The translations under genes and the position numbers were made by a program. This document shows, one piece after another, positions 38,470 through 52,303 of a DNA stretch of 64,000 bases. The stretch is taken from positions 1 through 64,000 of the forward strand of contig JAQGDQ010000328.1 in the NCBI GenBank assembly GCA_030141605.1. The letters are read 5' to 3'. Below the pieces are notes generated by a model, which was not told the origin of the DNA, did not search any database, and was given only the letters and a program-made list of their open reading frames with translations. How positions within the stretch are numbered: position 1 is the first letter of the stretch; the number at the start of each line of letters is the position of its first letter. This stretch comes from Tubiluchus corallicola (Eukaryota > Animalia > Priapulida).

Positions 38470-38820
38470 AAAAGCTATGACCTTGTTTATAATATCGTTA
38501 AATGGTTTGAAAATAAGTTAGCTGAATGGAAGAAATTTATAGTGCACAACAATGTAGCCATAGTAAGTGGTGTGCCCCAAGGAGCCATACTAGGTCCTGT
38601 TCTTTTCTTATTTTATATCAGTGACTTATATAATATATAATATTTGGTACATGTTCACTTGTTTGCAGCTGATACTAGTGAATACAGTTTTTTAAACAAA
38701 AATGCAAGCTTTGATGAAATGTAGACCACGTTAAATAAAGAACCGAAGAAGCTGCATTGCTGGTTCAAAGCAAAGAAATTATCAATGAAGACAGGCAAAA
38801 TTAAATTTATTATTTGCTCA
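38470..38820 (+). mobile_element. Degenerate CR1/L2-group reverse transcriptase fragment
   Basis: VKWFEN...SGVPQGAILGPVLFLFYISDL, then LFAADT after a stop. Confidence 0.75.
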
Positions 38821-39173
38821 CGAACCTCGCGTGTGTCCACTTGAACTAGTATATTATCTCAAAAACAAAGGAACTTAACAAAGGTGTGTCAGCTACACCT
38901 GTCTCGCCTTCACATGTCTACTTACTTCAAAAATGTCTGAAGTTTAAAGAGGATAGATCAGTTGCAAACATGGTCAAATGTACGAACTGACAGACTCACA
39001 CTGTTTACTTACATTTTTAAGGTACGTATAAGGTACTCCACACACAGATTGCCCAATTGCCAACATATATTTATAGATATTCGTTCCTGTTTTCTAGGCG
39101 GTGCACTATTTTCCCAGAAATCTCCAACAAAAGGTGTAAAAAATGAAATTCAACTAAAAAGGAATCATCTTAC

Positions 39174-39356
39174 TCAGTAATGCATAGATTATGCTGCGAA
39201 TCTTTTGGTCCAGATCGCCTCCGTTCCATGGACAGTCGAAGGTTTTGCCTGCCATTGGGAGTGGACGGGATTTCTACCAGCTGTATGGAATGTGGAGCTT
39301 CGCTGAATTTTGACCCCAGATTAACTGGCTTCATCACAGCCTTGTAGCAGTAACCA
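39174..39356 (-). CDS. LIMK1: LIM kinase exon 5 (end of LIM2, start of PDZ)
   Basis: GYCYKAVMKPVNLGSKFSEAPHSIQLVEIPSTP...NLCIT. Confidence 0.92.
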
Positions 39357-39589
39357 CTGAAAAATGATTAGAAGTTTTGAAATAAAACGCAAATTTTTCT
39401 AGAAAAAATTGTAATACCACAACTACATGACAGGGTCTCCTTATGTGGGTGGTTGTGGCAGGACTCAAGCCTAGCTCAGATTATTAAGCTTGCTACAAAG
39501 ACAACTTTATCAGAACAACAAAAGTGGTAAATAAAACTCAAGTGTTACAACAACCTCATATTAATATATATAAGGTTGTCGTAATATAA

Positions 39590-39970
39590 TAACATTATAT
39601 ATTATTATTATTATATATTATCTTAATATTATATATTATATTGTATTGTATTGTATTGTATTGTATTGTATTGTATTGTATTGTATTGTATTGTATTGTA
39701 TTGTATTGTATTGTATTGCATGCATTGCATTACATTATATTATATCATATACTACTTATACTATACTATACTATACTATACTATACTATACTATACTACT
39801 ATACTATACTATACTACTATGCTATGCTATGCTATGCTATGCTATGCTATGCTATACTATACTATACTATACTATACTATACTATACTATACTATACTAT
39901 ACTATACTATACTATACTATACTATACTATACTATATTATATTATATTATATATTATTATATTATATTAA
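39590..39970. repeat. Compound pentanucleotide microsatellite (TATTG)n/(TACTA)n/(TGCTA)n
   Basis: Seen directly. Confidence 0.95.
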
Positions 39971-41067
39971 AGTATTATAATGATTATAGCTAATTGTATT
40001 CATAGTTATAATGATCCAATGAAGAACACTGCATCACAATATTTATACTATGATGCAGTCAACATCAAATGTTTGCCTTTGAAGAGCCAGCAGTTCAAAT
40101 AGCTCTAAATCACACAGCAAACTGAGTCACATTTAGAAAACCAACAGAAATCAAGTGTATGTCACACTCTAGTAGAAAAAAGAACTGCAGTATTGTTGAC
40201 TTTTAACATGGATCAATATAAAGATTTTTTCAGAATTGATCACATTAAAGCAGTTTAACGAAGCCCAGTAATTACCACAAAGCTTGACATATATCACAGT
40301 CTGCCGAGGTCACTTTGCATTATCTCCAAAAGTAATTAAATTAATACATTTAATTAACTGAATAATTAATTACCTCGTGCCTAGCAGAATTGTAATGTGG
40401 GAGGTCATGCATTTGCACATTTCCTGCCGTGACCTCTTTCGCTTTTCCTTGGGGGACCTCATGAAATCCCTCACTTTATTATACAAGTATTGTCTGGATG
40501 ACATTTTGTCAATAACGGAACACGGGGTGGTTAGAAAAACGGCTCCACGACCGTGCAAATCATGGCGAGCGGCAATCAAACGTCGCAAAAAATGACAGAA
40601 TTATGTCGTAGTATAATTGGATCGCACACCGACTAGATATCTGCTCAGTTCGTATAATTCATAAATGCTATAAGCTGTGCAATTTTTCAAAACCACGAAA
40701 TAGAGAATTTGGATCAACTGATGGCGGAAATACACTTTGTTATGTCGTGCAAGGCACATAAATGCAGACACAGTTCACTTTCCTGTTTAAATCACTTCCT
40801 GTATTACTAAATGTCGAAAGGATATAAAACTTTGTCATCAGTAAACATGCGTCTTCCTGGTTTTTGCTGCTTTACTTGTTACTGAATTATAATTTGTACT
40901 TTATGTCAAAGTTGCTATAAATACTTGAGGTATAATGTCAGCTTAATTACTGAATCAGGTGTGCTAAAAAGTTGTCTCCTTCAAAAATGAAGGTAGATTT
41001 TAAGGAAGACAGGATCATTTTTCATGCCAAAATGTTGTTTCTTTTAAAAAATGAAAGTACATTTTAA

Positions 41068-41640
41068 GGAAGATAAGATGATTTTTCATATACTACCCCA
41101 TTTTCAAGTCAGATAAAAAGTAGACATTTTAACACAATTAATACTGCAAAAGCATTTCTGATAATTAAATTACAGATTAAAAATTTAACTAATGGCGAGC
41201 GAGCCCAACTATTGATGACGTCACAAACTAACAGAATTTTCAAAAGTAAAAGTATTACACGAGCGTGTTGCACATATTTGTGAAAGCAAAAATTGAAGTA
41301 CAGTGCTACTGTAAGAGATTCAGGCTGTTGTACTAAACTAGGCAAGTTTAAAGATTTAAATCCAAATTTTAAATTTACTGCTGTGCTCACGCATGAGCTG
41401 TCAAACTAACACATCTGAACTGAGAGGTACAGCTCATCAGCCTATTTTTCCGAAATGCAAGCACTAGTGTCCGTCTAATTAGGAAATGGTGAAATGTATG
41501 TAAAAACGAAGAATTGGTGGCACGAACATGAAATTGTGTTTGTACGGTTTTGAAAGTCACTTTTGAAAAAATAGTATGTTTCTTTTCAATATTTTAAAGA
41601 GTAGATTGTTTTGACCTACTGATTTAAAAATGAGCCCAAC
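41068..41640 (-). mobile_element. MITE family A copy, with a short duplication of its end at ~40980-41030
   Basis: TTAA|GGAAGATAAGATGATTTTTCATAT; colinear with 21056-21661. Confidence 0.75.
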
Positions 41641-42155
41641 TTACATTTGCTTCCTTTTTCTTGTAAATGGACAGTATAAAGACAGTATAAATTGTGCTGC
41701 AATTTGCTAAAATTATTACTGAACTAACAGAAGTTGATGCACATTTTAGACCTAATTCTTTTATAGAATTCGGCAATGCGCAAGCTAGGACTCAGCACTC
41801 AACGGCAGGGCCTACTTTTTAACGAACAGTCTGAAGAAAATGTAGCCAAACTGGAATCTCAATACCAAGGACAGTTTTTTCCTCCTTAAAGATTGCACTT
41901 GGTGGTCACCTATGTATTTATTGACCAGGATCCATATAGCTTAACTTTAGTGGCTAAGCACACACGATAATTCCCTGGCCAAAAAAAACGTGAAAAACAC
42001 TGAGGGTTTTCCATTGAAAGAGAAAATTACTGGATCACTCCACGGAAAAGAGATAAAATGGCAAGCAGATTGTTAAATTTTTAATCCTACTTGGCATAAG
42101 AGCCATCTAGCGGGCTTTTTCAAAAGTTTCTCATTGAATTTTGCGCAGAACTTAC

Positions 42156-42265
42156 CAGTAGAGTTTAGAACGTTCTACCAGAGCGTAGGTATCACCGTCA
42201 CCGATGTAGCAATCACAGTTTGAGCATGTGAAACATTCGGGATGATACCGGTATTCTCCTGCCAC
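42156..42265 (-). CDS. LIMK1: LIM kinase exon 4 (LIM2)
   Basis: [37 protein letters not shown]. Confidence 0.96.
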
Positions 42266-44181
42266 CTATTGACGAAAAATTTATTTAAATTATTAAAAAA
42301 ATAATACAAAAGTGTACTTGTAACTACTCAGTTTAGTCGACTCAAATACAAAGAAAATTCTTGCAAAAAAACACAATAATTTAATTATTGGCCATGATTA
42401 CTGTTTGGATTTTGAAAATCTTTCAGGAAGGAAGTACAATGAATAAGATTGATAAATTTAAAACAGAAATCAGTTGAAATAAGACAACTAAAAATCAAAA
42501 AAGAGTAAGACTAAAAATAGTAATCATCAAACTTGCAAAAAACTTGAAGAAAATTGGTTTGAATATACAAAGAAAACTTGAAATGGAAAAGCATATTATT
42601 GCAAATTTCTAGACTTTTCACAGAACAAAAAGTTCTAAAACAAAATTACCTAAAGTGAAAAAGTATTTTCATGTAACAATCACCCAATAAAATAACAAAA
42701 TACAAAAAGTAAACGAAATAAAAATAACATAATCTGGACAAAAATATTTGTACTGCTATTTAGAAGGTGACTACGGCAAAACATTCCGGAAATAGAAGAA
42801 AAAATATATCAAAAATAGTTTCAGCTATGAGATGGAGGTACTTTTTACGTGCTCATCATACATTATCAATTAAGACAAGGCTTAGTAAAGGTTTAAGATC
42901 TGGCCTGTTGCATAAAAAAAGTTTAATTTCTGCTTGATGTAACATTTTGTAACCTATGCCACATTATATTTACAACTTTGTTTGTAATACGCAATATTTT
43001 GTATCCTACATCTAAGTAATTAAATAGTTTGATCAAATTATTATTTTATAATGATTCTATAATCACATCTTTATTTGCATAGAACAGAGAACATTTATTT
43101 TCTCCAATTAGTTTAACATCAAAAGTTTTTTAAATATTAATTAATTCTAATCATGGAGCAGGGCAGGGAAGGACCATAGGGTCATCTAGTCTCCTGCCCT
43201 TTCTTATAAATAGATTAGTATATTAAAAATTAACGGTGATGCTGCAGACAGACATATAGACATAGACAATGACATGACACAGGATGCAATTATTGTTAGT
43301 TACTTAAATAAACTAATCAAAATAAAGCAATAACAAAAGCAAAAATATAAAAACAAACATAACAACAATAGCATAAGCGAAAAAAAGAATAATAATAAAT
43401 GATAATGATAAATGATAAATAATAATAATAATAAATGATAATAATAAACGATAAATAATAATGCAAACTGCTTTATTTTATTTCCTTAGAATAAACAATC
43501 GCTTAGCGAGGCAATGCAGAATTCGAAATTTTGATTTTTGAGCTTTTGATTTTTCAGATCAATGAAATTATAGCCAAGCAAATAAGATATCTCATACCAA
43601 TTGGCTGTGAATCATCCCAATATGATTCCTATGTGAAGGCGAAACCACAAGTATAAATAACAACAAAAATCAACTCACATAGCCATACTAATTAAACATA
43701 CACGATTTAAAAGTGATAAAACTTCTACAAAACATCAAAACATTCACTAGTTCTGCATCACCAACAGAAATAAACCAAATGCGCACTATCAAGCAACACT
43801 TTCACAAGAGAAAGTAAACTATTTCATTCCTTAAGCCTGTTTCACGCCCCGGTAGATGCCAGGTAGCCGGGCGGTGAACAAACAACAATGCCCACGATTA
43901 CGAACACAAATGATCCGGGCAGAAACTGGGACAGACATCAAGAGATTATCACCCAATGGCTCTCTGCTAAGTTCACAGGGCAAATAAAGCAATCCATTAT
44001 AACATGCTTTACAGTTTGTAGCAGATGTCAGGGGTAATTAGCCAATCAGACAAACAATAGCTTATGTTATAACTAGTAATTATGTCTTACCACAGTTGGG
44101 CAAGAGGCTTTTCAGTCAGAGCTTAATTAATAAACCACTTAAATTAATTGTTGCTAACAGGTGCAAGCATATGTTTTATTA

Positions 44182-44411
44182 TCATAAATGTTTTTATGGA
44201 GCAGAAGGCCATTGTTTCATCAAAATAACAAACAATGGATCATAAATGTTTTTATGGAGCAGAAGGCCATTGTTTCATCAAAATAACAAACAATGGACCA
44301 TAAATGTTTTTATTGGAGCAGAAGGCCATTGTTTCATCAAAATAACAAACAATGGACCATAAATGTTTTTATGGAGCAGCAGACTGTTGTTTCATAAAAG
44401 TAATAAACAAT
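44182..44411. repeat. 58-bp tandem repeat x4
   Basis: Unit CATAAATGTTTTTATGGAGCAGAAGGCCATTGTTTCATCAAAATAACAAACAATGGA(T/C). Confidence 0.92.
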
Positions 44412-45641
44412 AGATGGAATTTTGGTCAATATTATCTCTTTTCTAAGTGATCTTCCTCGCAGATAAAGTTTTGAAATCCTTAATAATCACAACAGCGCCA
44501 ACTTGATAAATAACCTACAATATAAGAAAATTTAGTAAAGTTTTTATTAAGAAAATCAATGTTTTCACTGCACACTAGATGTCAACTGTTTCTCAAGTGA
44601 TTTCTGCTGTACAGTGTATCACCGTAAAATGACTGTTACTAGGCGATGGAAACATTGATCTATTTAATAAAAATGTTAAGAAAATTTGTTACATTGTGGG
44701 TTGATTTATCAGATCTTCCTTCATATTTACATTCAACAGTAAATGCGGGGAAACTTCGCAATTGTTAAATTTTTGTTAAATATGTTAACATTTATCATTT
44801 CATTGTAATGTCATACTTCAGTTTATATTGTAATTACAAAATATTGTTGTGAGGATTTTTCCTGAATTTCAAGCACCAGGTGGCAGTAGTATAAGGCAGG
44901 TAAAAGGTGTGAGCGTAGTCACTGACATGGCAAAGCTTAATGTGTGAATTGAGGCGCTAATTTCTGTTACTGTGTTTGCCAAATATTTGTATTTTTTCCT
45001 TGTCTTGGTGCTACACGTATGTCATCTTTGAGCCAACTATATGCTGCTATGATGTAAGTAATTAAGAAAATTACACCACCCCATTTTTTGAACTTCCAAA
45101 TTTGCATTCACATGTCAGAAAACGTGCTATAATACTTTAGGTTACATTTTTACTATTTAATTAGCTATTTATTTTGCATTTGAGTATTTTTTGCTACACA
45201 ATATTTTGTTTCGACTTATGAGGCTCAACTTTATGTATGTTTTTCTTAATTACTACAAAAAAGTAGTTACAATTGTTAATACCTATTACAACTCTTTCTA
45301 ACTATCAAGTTACGTGTTATTAACAAATATCTCTTTCACTACTACTTCTGATGGTGTCTAATATAAGCTTGCTTCATTGCTCTCCAATGCCGTATGTAAG
45401 TTTGTAATCTCAAATTTGTATACATCACAAAACTGATTTTACCTGCCGTCACATATAAAACTGTAAGTTTATTTTGATTGAAATTGACAAAACAGTTGTA
45501 GTTTTCATTTCAAATCCAACATTAAGGTTACTATTACTAAATGCAAATCTGACTAACAAAAATCCTTACCTCCTCTATATCCATAGTAAGAAAAAAATAT
45601 GGAAAAAAACAAAAACCAGCAACTGGCAACAAGCATGAATC

Positions 45642-46099
45642 TCAAAATTAGAATTTATGAGATCAAGAGCACTGTTGAAAATCTATTATGGCAGAGAGAC
45701 TGAATGATCAGAGTTTGAAATCAAAAACTATACTTGCAAAAGACAGCAAAATAACATCAAAATTAGAATTTACGAGATTAAGTGCACTGTTGAAAATCTA
45801 TTATGGCAGAGAGACTGAATGATCAGAGTTTGAAATCAAAAACTATACCCGCAAAAGACAGCAAATTAACATCAAAATTAGAATTTACGAGATTAAGAGC
45901 ACTGTTGAAAATCTATTATGGCAGAGAGACTGAATGATCAGAGTTTAAAATCAAAAACTATACCTGCAAAAGACATCAAAATAACATCAAAATTGAAATT
46001 TACGAGATTAAGAGCACTGTTGAAAATCTATTATGGCAGAGAAACTGAATGATCAAGCTTTGAACTCAAAAACTATACCTGCAAAAGACATCAAAATAA
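45642..46099. repeat. 115-bp tandem repeat x4
   Basis: TCAAAATT(A/G)(G/A)AATTTA recurs at 45642, 45757, 45872 and 45987. Confidence 0.92.
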
Positions 46100-48037
46100 T
46101 GACTCAGTCTCAATACTGACGCAGAATACTATATATTAATAGACAACACGGATGTAGGAAAAAGAGATTATAGTAAAACGTACAGTTCGATGAACTCATC
46201 TCTCTTGCAAAAACAACAACCGGATGCCATAAAATAAAATTTATAGTTTAAAACTATTAAAAGGTATATAAAAACATTTTCGTGAGTAATGTTTGTATGA
46301 ATAAGGTTTCAGAGATTCCGCAAAATGCAGTTTATTTAACTGTCACAGCATTTCATTTTAGATCGTCAAATTTGTTTGGCAGTGGTAGCCTTCTATTTAA
46401 CAAGCCACTTTAAAAGTTAACAAGTAACAAGTTCATAGTGTGGAAAGGCAAAAATTAATGAAGTATCGTTAATTTTTAGCCTACCAAAAAATCTAACAAA
46501 CAATTTTGCCAAAAGTTGATTTATACAAATTCTTACTTTAATAACTTGACAATTATATCATGTTGTAGATGTTAGCACGAGGTTAATCTTCAAACAAAAA
46601 CACGCTTGTGCCAAGGGGTAGGGCTATTCAAACTTTTTAGCTTGAAACAAAATCAATTTATTTTATTCGGAAAATCCCTGTGTGCATAAGTGGTGTTACA
46701 GCTTGAATGATTTTTGATTAATTGTCACAGAACACAATCAGATCTAATTAAATACCTGATAGCAGCTTGCAAAAGGTTTTGACAGAAACACACTACAAGT
46801 TTAAAAACTCAATTTCATACCTTCAAACTTCAAATTTATACCAATCGAAAAATTTAAAACCTTTTTGGAGTAACTTCTGCTAACAGAAATACACAGCTTG
46901 CAGACACATATTTTTATGTAAGTTTCAGACACACATTATATTGTAGTAGTTACAGCAAGTAACTTTGTGCAAGTTTAATGTAAGAAGAACAAACCATACA
47001 AATTACGAGAAAACTGTCAAAATCACAATCAAACTGAACCAGTGTGCAGTCACAGCACAATCCTGGAATTACGCAACAGTTTCACGTGAATATTTAGCCC
47101 AGGTTATAAGTTTCACAACACAAAGTCACTGTCACAGTTGTTACACACACCTTCCCAAGCTTCACTTTCTAACATCTCTCGCAGAAAACTGCACGACCTT
47201 CCCTTTTGTAGCGCGCTCTTTCCCACATTGATTGATTGATCTCTTGGCAATTGGTGCACTGCAATTGCCTCGGCATATCAGCGGATGGACGGCTAATAGA
47301 AAATGAATCATTGGAAAAACGAGAGGCAAGCAATTAGCTTATGAATTTGGTAGTGTAGCCATGGAGGCACCCGAATGTACCATTAGGATGCCATTATCCC
47401 TGCATATAGACGCCATGTTAGATCGTTTCAGCTAATTAGCGGCTAATTTGGGAGTCTAATTTGACTCATAGCCGGCAATAGTGACAATTTCCAGTAGGCA
47501 CTGCATTTACAGCAATCAAATAAGTATATGTACAACAATTGTAGAAATGACATTATAGCTTTACTAAGTTAATCAGAGCTGGATGATAGATAAGAAGTCA
47601 GCCAGACAATCTACAAGTAATCAATCGAGCAGAATTGTTATTCCGCTAAACAACGGAAAATTTTTCCTTACAAAATCTTTTTTTAACTAAAGTAATTAAA
47701 AAAATAAAATATTATATGAAATTATTACAAATAATTAATTTTATTAAATTAATGGTTTTTAAGTAAATTATTCCTAAGTGAAATGCTCAAATTTAGTAAG
47801 AGCAAAAAGGAACTATAATTTTGTTTAATGAACGTGTTAAAATGTTCTGGTACCTGTGAGATAATAAAAAAGTTAAAGCAAATTTAAAACTTTCATCAAC
47901 ATTGTAATGTATTTATACACAAGTAAAGAATTAGTGCAACTGATACTTCCATTTTCCGGAATGACAATATCATTGTCAGCAACTAAAGAACAACTTCATA
48001 ATGCTATTTCTAATTAATAAGTTTTTAATTAGAATTG

Positions 48038-48412
48038 TTTTCTTCTTCAAAGACTCGTTCCACCTATTGTAGGCATTGAGGTACCAACATTTATCAGAGT
48101 ATTCCACCCACTTCTATCTGCAGCTAACAGCGTAAGTTCTTCCACTCCTAAAGATAGATTTGGTTGAAGTTGTTGCACATCTTTATTTATCTTAGCTATC
48201 CAAGTTGTTTTAGGTTTACCAGGTGGTTTTTTGCAAGGTTTTAGGACTTCCTTTAAGACGATTCTTACTGATGCTTCATTTGGTAATCTCAGATGTCCTA
48301 GCCATGTTAATCAATGATCTTGACTTTTGAACTCCAAGGAATTTCTTTTGTTCCGGTGTATAAATCTTCATTTTTGATTATGTTTGGCCATCTTATCTTT
48401 AAAACTTTCCTA
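48038..48412 (-). mobile_element. Degenerate RTE-clade LINE 3' fragment
   Basis: Minus strand RKVLKIRWPNIIKNEDLY...WLGHL...KKPPGKPKTTW with a GAAGAA tail; related to 34861-35342. Confidence 0.7.
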
Positions 48413-50150
48413 ACTGAAATTTTATTTGAAAATTCTGACAGTTACCATTTATCACAAGACGTGCTAGACTTCAAAAATCGTATGTGGATATGAAAGAAAG
48501 TACAGACTATAATCATTTTATATACAGTGCACACGTGGAACGTTGATCCTTTATTATAATACATAAAAGTTTTTACAACATTACTAACACCACACATTAA
48601 CCATTAAAACTATCAAAGCAAAAATGTCTAACTCTAACAACGGACAGTATTTATCGAAAAACAAATTATTTTACAAAAATGCTTTTTCTATAACGGTGTA
48701 CTAATACTGCAGGCTCTAAAGTTAGCTGTATTCAAGGCTCCCTGCTTATATAGCTTCGATTTGTTGTATGTATTTGTTGTTAGCACAGTTTTTCGTTTAA
48801 TGTTACTTGATTGGACATGTCACAGCACAATAAAAGGGAGGGGAAGAAAAGAGAATTTTCAAAGATATCACAAAGAACTCTCTACACATAATTATATTAC
48901 TTAGCATTACGCTACCTGCTTAAAAGACACTTCATGAAATCTTATCTGAGCTAGTACTTACAGTTAAAATGGCTGCGCCTAACAGTCATCGCGGGAGTTC
49001 AAATTTACAAGTTTTATACTTGCTAAAGCAAGCTCATAAACAACAAGACAAAATTTCAAATTTCAAGACGAAATTCTTAAGCTTTATTTACGATGAGTGT
49101 TTTCTTGCACTTTAACTGTTTTAAGAGATTTTTTACCCTGTCTACGTCATATATATACATATTTATTTATCTATTGAAGACACTGATTATTTACTTTGAA
49201 CAAAATATTGCACGTATTAGTAAAAAGTAGTTGATCAAGTTAACTAGTACAATCAGAACAACAAACTAATTAAGCAAAACAAAACAAGACAAAACTGGAA
49301 ATACAGCAAACAAAATCTATCAAAGCAAATATTACTACAACAACAGTGTACGTTTTTTCTCCTCCTAGTTATGTATGACACCTACAGGAGCAGAAGTTTG
49401 GTTGGCATGCTATATGGTGTACAAGAAAATGCAATGCCAGAAATAGCAGTTCAGAATGAAATAAATTATTGAACATTTCACTACACGATGCATTGCAAAT
49501 GTGTTAGGCTATGCTTAAAGTTATGTAAGAAAATAGTTTACATAGTAAAGGCTAACTATTAATTCAGTTATCAGTCATAAAGTGATTCTTTACTTCCTGT
49601 TAAACCTGTTTTTTCCAGAGTATATATATTTAATCTTGTGCAGGGAATTTCTCCCTGGAAGAACAGTTATGATGTAACTGAGAACACATATCTCCTTTTC
49701 CCATGCATATGTGCACAGTAAATAGTTATGTAAATTGTAAAATGCTAAGATAAATGAACTAAACATTTATTCATTTACATATTACTAACTCGGGATGTGA
49801 CATTTAACATAATTTGTCATAATTTAATCATGTATTAGTGCAATTGTTATCATCTGTCATAACGTTTTAATCTTTTTTGTTCATCATTTATTTTCACAGT
49901 CAGGAAAAATGTATAGATCTGACAACACTAGTAAAAACTAAATGTTTGAGGTAAACAAATAAAAACAATTTTTCAATCTGATATAGCTCAAAAATCGTGA
50001 AAACAAACACACCTGACCAGCAAGTTCTTGACATGCCACCAGGATATAATGGGGCAAAGTTCACCTTTTTAAAAAATTTGGCAGTTCGTAATAGTACATC
50101 GCCCATCGTGGCGATGAGTATCAGACATCTGACATTAGACAAACAGCATG

Positions 50151-50530
50151 ATTGGATAGCCAAGATTCTCCAGAAAACAACAGTACCTAATTTGTAATGT
50201 CTGTGCTCATACAGTAGCAGAAAAGTCACAGGTCTTATAAGACCTATTTGAATGGTGCGGTCCTGAAGGAGTTAAAAAAAGTCAACGTGGCCTTATTGGA
50301 GAACGACAATCTCTTCTGCGTGGTTCATATAACTCACTATGTGTTGAGAGAGCAATTTTGAAAGTGAATAAAGAAAAATAAAGAAAATGTGGGTAGCTGT
50401 TAGTGTATCTCTACGCAAATGTACCTAGGATTATATATGTAACAATTTACGCACAATTACAATATTATGCTACACACTTTAACAATGCATTCAAAATAAT
50501 ATCTAAACTTAAAGAAGATATTCATTACTG
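50151..50530 (+). repeat. ~370-bp dispersed repeat, direct homologue at 59985-60356 plus 60627-60640
   Basis: Long near-identical stretches, e.g. ATGTCTGTGCTCATACAGTAGCAGAAAAGTCACAGGTCTTA. Confidence 0.9.
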
Positions 50531-50767
50531 TCAAAGTACATTGGCCATCGTGGCATTGTATTTTAGCAAAATCAACACACACGTAGACTGAAGAAACTTC
50601 ATACAGGTAGTCGTTGACTTACTGTCTATGCAACTTTAGGATTTCAAAACGCGACTATAGCTTAAATAATCAGTTATACGAAGCTAATTATGAATTTAAA
50701 CTAAAACTACTGAGCTCATTTTTGGGAGTTTCTCGTTTATATTATTAACACATAAAAAGGATATCTC

Positions 50768-51160
50768 CAGGGCAGGATTATGACCTTTTGTGGGTCCCAA
50801 GACTAATGACATCACGGAACCCCCTCGGACAGAGCCACCCTCGAACTCATGCTCACTCGTCTTCAATATTTTTACTCACGATATATTCTAGCAACATTTA
50901 CTTAGCTTGAAGAAAACTTACTGCGACTTCTTTAAACAAAACTAGAATAGCTATCCTTTGTTTGTCAATAAAAATATTGTCTAAGAAATATCACTATTTT
51001 AATATTTATTGCAAGCCGAATTAGCACATATTTCAACACAACCCTAGTGAACAAACAGATTTTTTTACAAAATGTTACAAAAGCTTCTGCCACCCCCTCC
51101 CCCAACAAAGCTTGAACACCAAGGCTGGAGCCTACTAGACTATATGATAATCCTGCCTTG
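50768..51160 (+). mobile_element. hAT-like MITE
   Basis: TIR CAGGGCAGGATTA ... TAATCCTGCCTTG; a further right-end fragment at ~51560-51620. Confidence 0.65.
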
Positions 51161-52167
51161 TTTATTAGCTAATTATACAGAGAACGAAAAGTAGATCTAT
51201 AGAAAAATTCAAGTGAAAAACCGTCTTACAACAAGGCATCAAACTTGAACGTCATTCGTTCTCATCAATAAATTCGCCATCAACAAAAATAACCTTAAAG
51301 AAATACCACCATTTTACTATTCGTTGCAAACTAGAGGGGAAGTTTGTGAAAATGAAAAACAAGAAATCATGATTGAGTGATCAGTTATATGTTTCAAGTA
51401 AGTTTAATTTATAATTTTTTTTTAAATATGGACAGCGAGTTGGCATTTTTAATAGCCGGAGCAATTGAACTCCATATGTAAGGGCCATTGTATTTAATAG
51501 AAAATTTTCTAACATTTGTGTTGCACTGTATGTAGTGATAGTTCAGTTTACCAAATGTTACCAAAGCTTGGGGGGCCCTAGACTACAGCACATACTAGCC
51601 TGTGGGATAATCCAGCTCTGGCTATCAAGCTAAAAATGACACAAAAACATAGAAAAAAACACAGAACGAAAGCAGGTAAAAACAGCAGGGAGAAACATAG
51701 AAGTATAAAATTACTAGCCACAGTTATAGATATAGAATAGAATAAAAACAAAAAACAAACTAGAAAAAGTCAGACCAAAAGAAAAAAAATAAAACACAAA
51801 TGATAAGTAAGTGAAGGAAGCAAAATATGCATAATAAAATCAAACTAAATACAACGAAACAAAATTATGCAATAGTGTTTAAACAAATTATGTTAAGCAT
51901 AATGTCAAGGACTATGAAACGCAAGAACTAGTACAGAAAAATAACTATTTTTGTTTCCTTCGAAAATTGTCTTAAAAAAACAAAAATAAGCACTCATATA
52001 GACTCATTTTTGTTCACATGCAGCAAATGATATAGATAGTATAGGACATAAAAGCTAGTTTAACATGTGAAGCGCACTCTTTTTTCCTTGTTCTCTAATT
52101 GCAAGATCTTGCCATTAAGAATAAACTTGCTACAACAAACAGCTAAATCCGAATAACGTGAGCTTAC

Positions 52168-52303
52168 CATCACCGGTCCCGTAACCAGGTTCATACAGCC
52201 GTGGCAGGACTGGCCAAACTTGGCCCAGTAATCAGCTCGACAGTAAAGCAGAGCATTCTTCTCGAAGTACCAATGGTTAAGCTGCTGTCCACACGCACTG
52301 CAC
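52168..52303 (-). CDS. LIMK1: LIM kinase exon 3 (LIM1/LIM2)
   Basis: CSACGQQLNHWYFEKNALLYCRADYWAKFGQSCHGCMNLVTGPVM. Confidence 0.96.
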
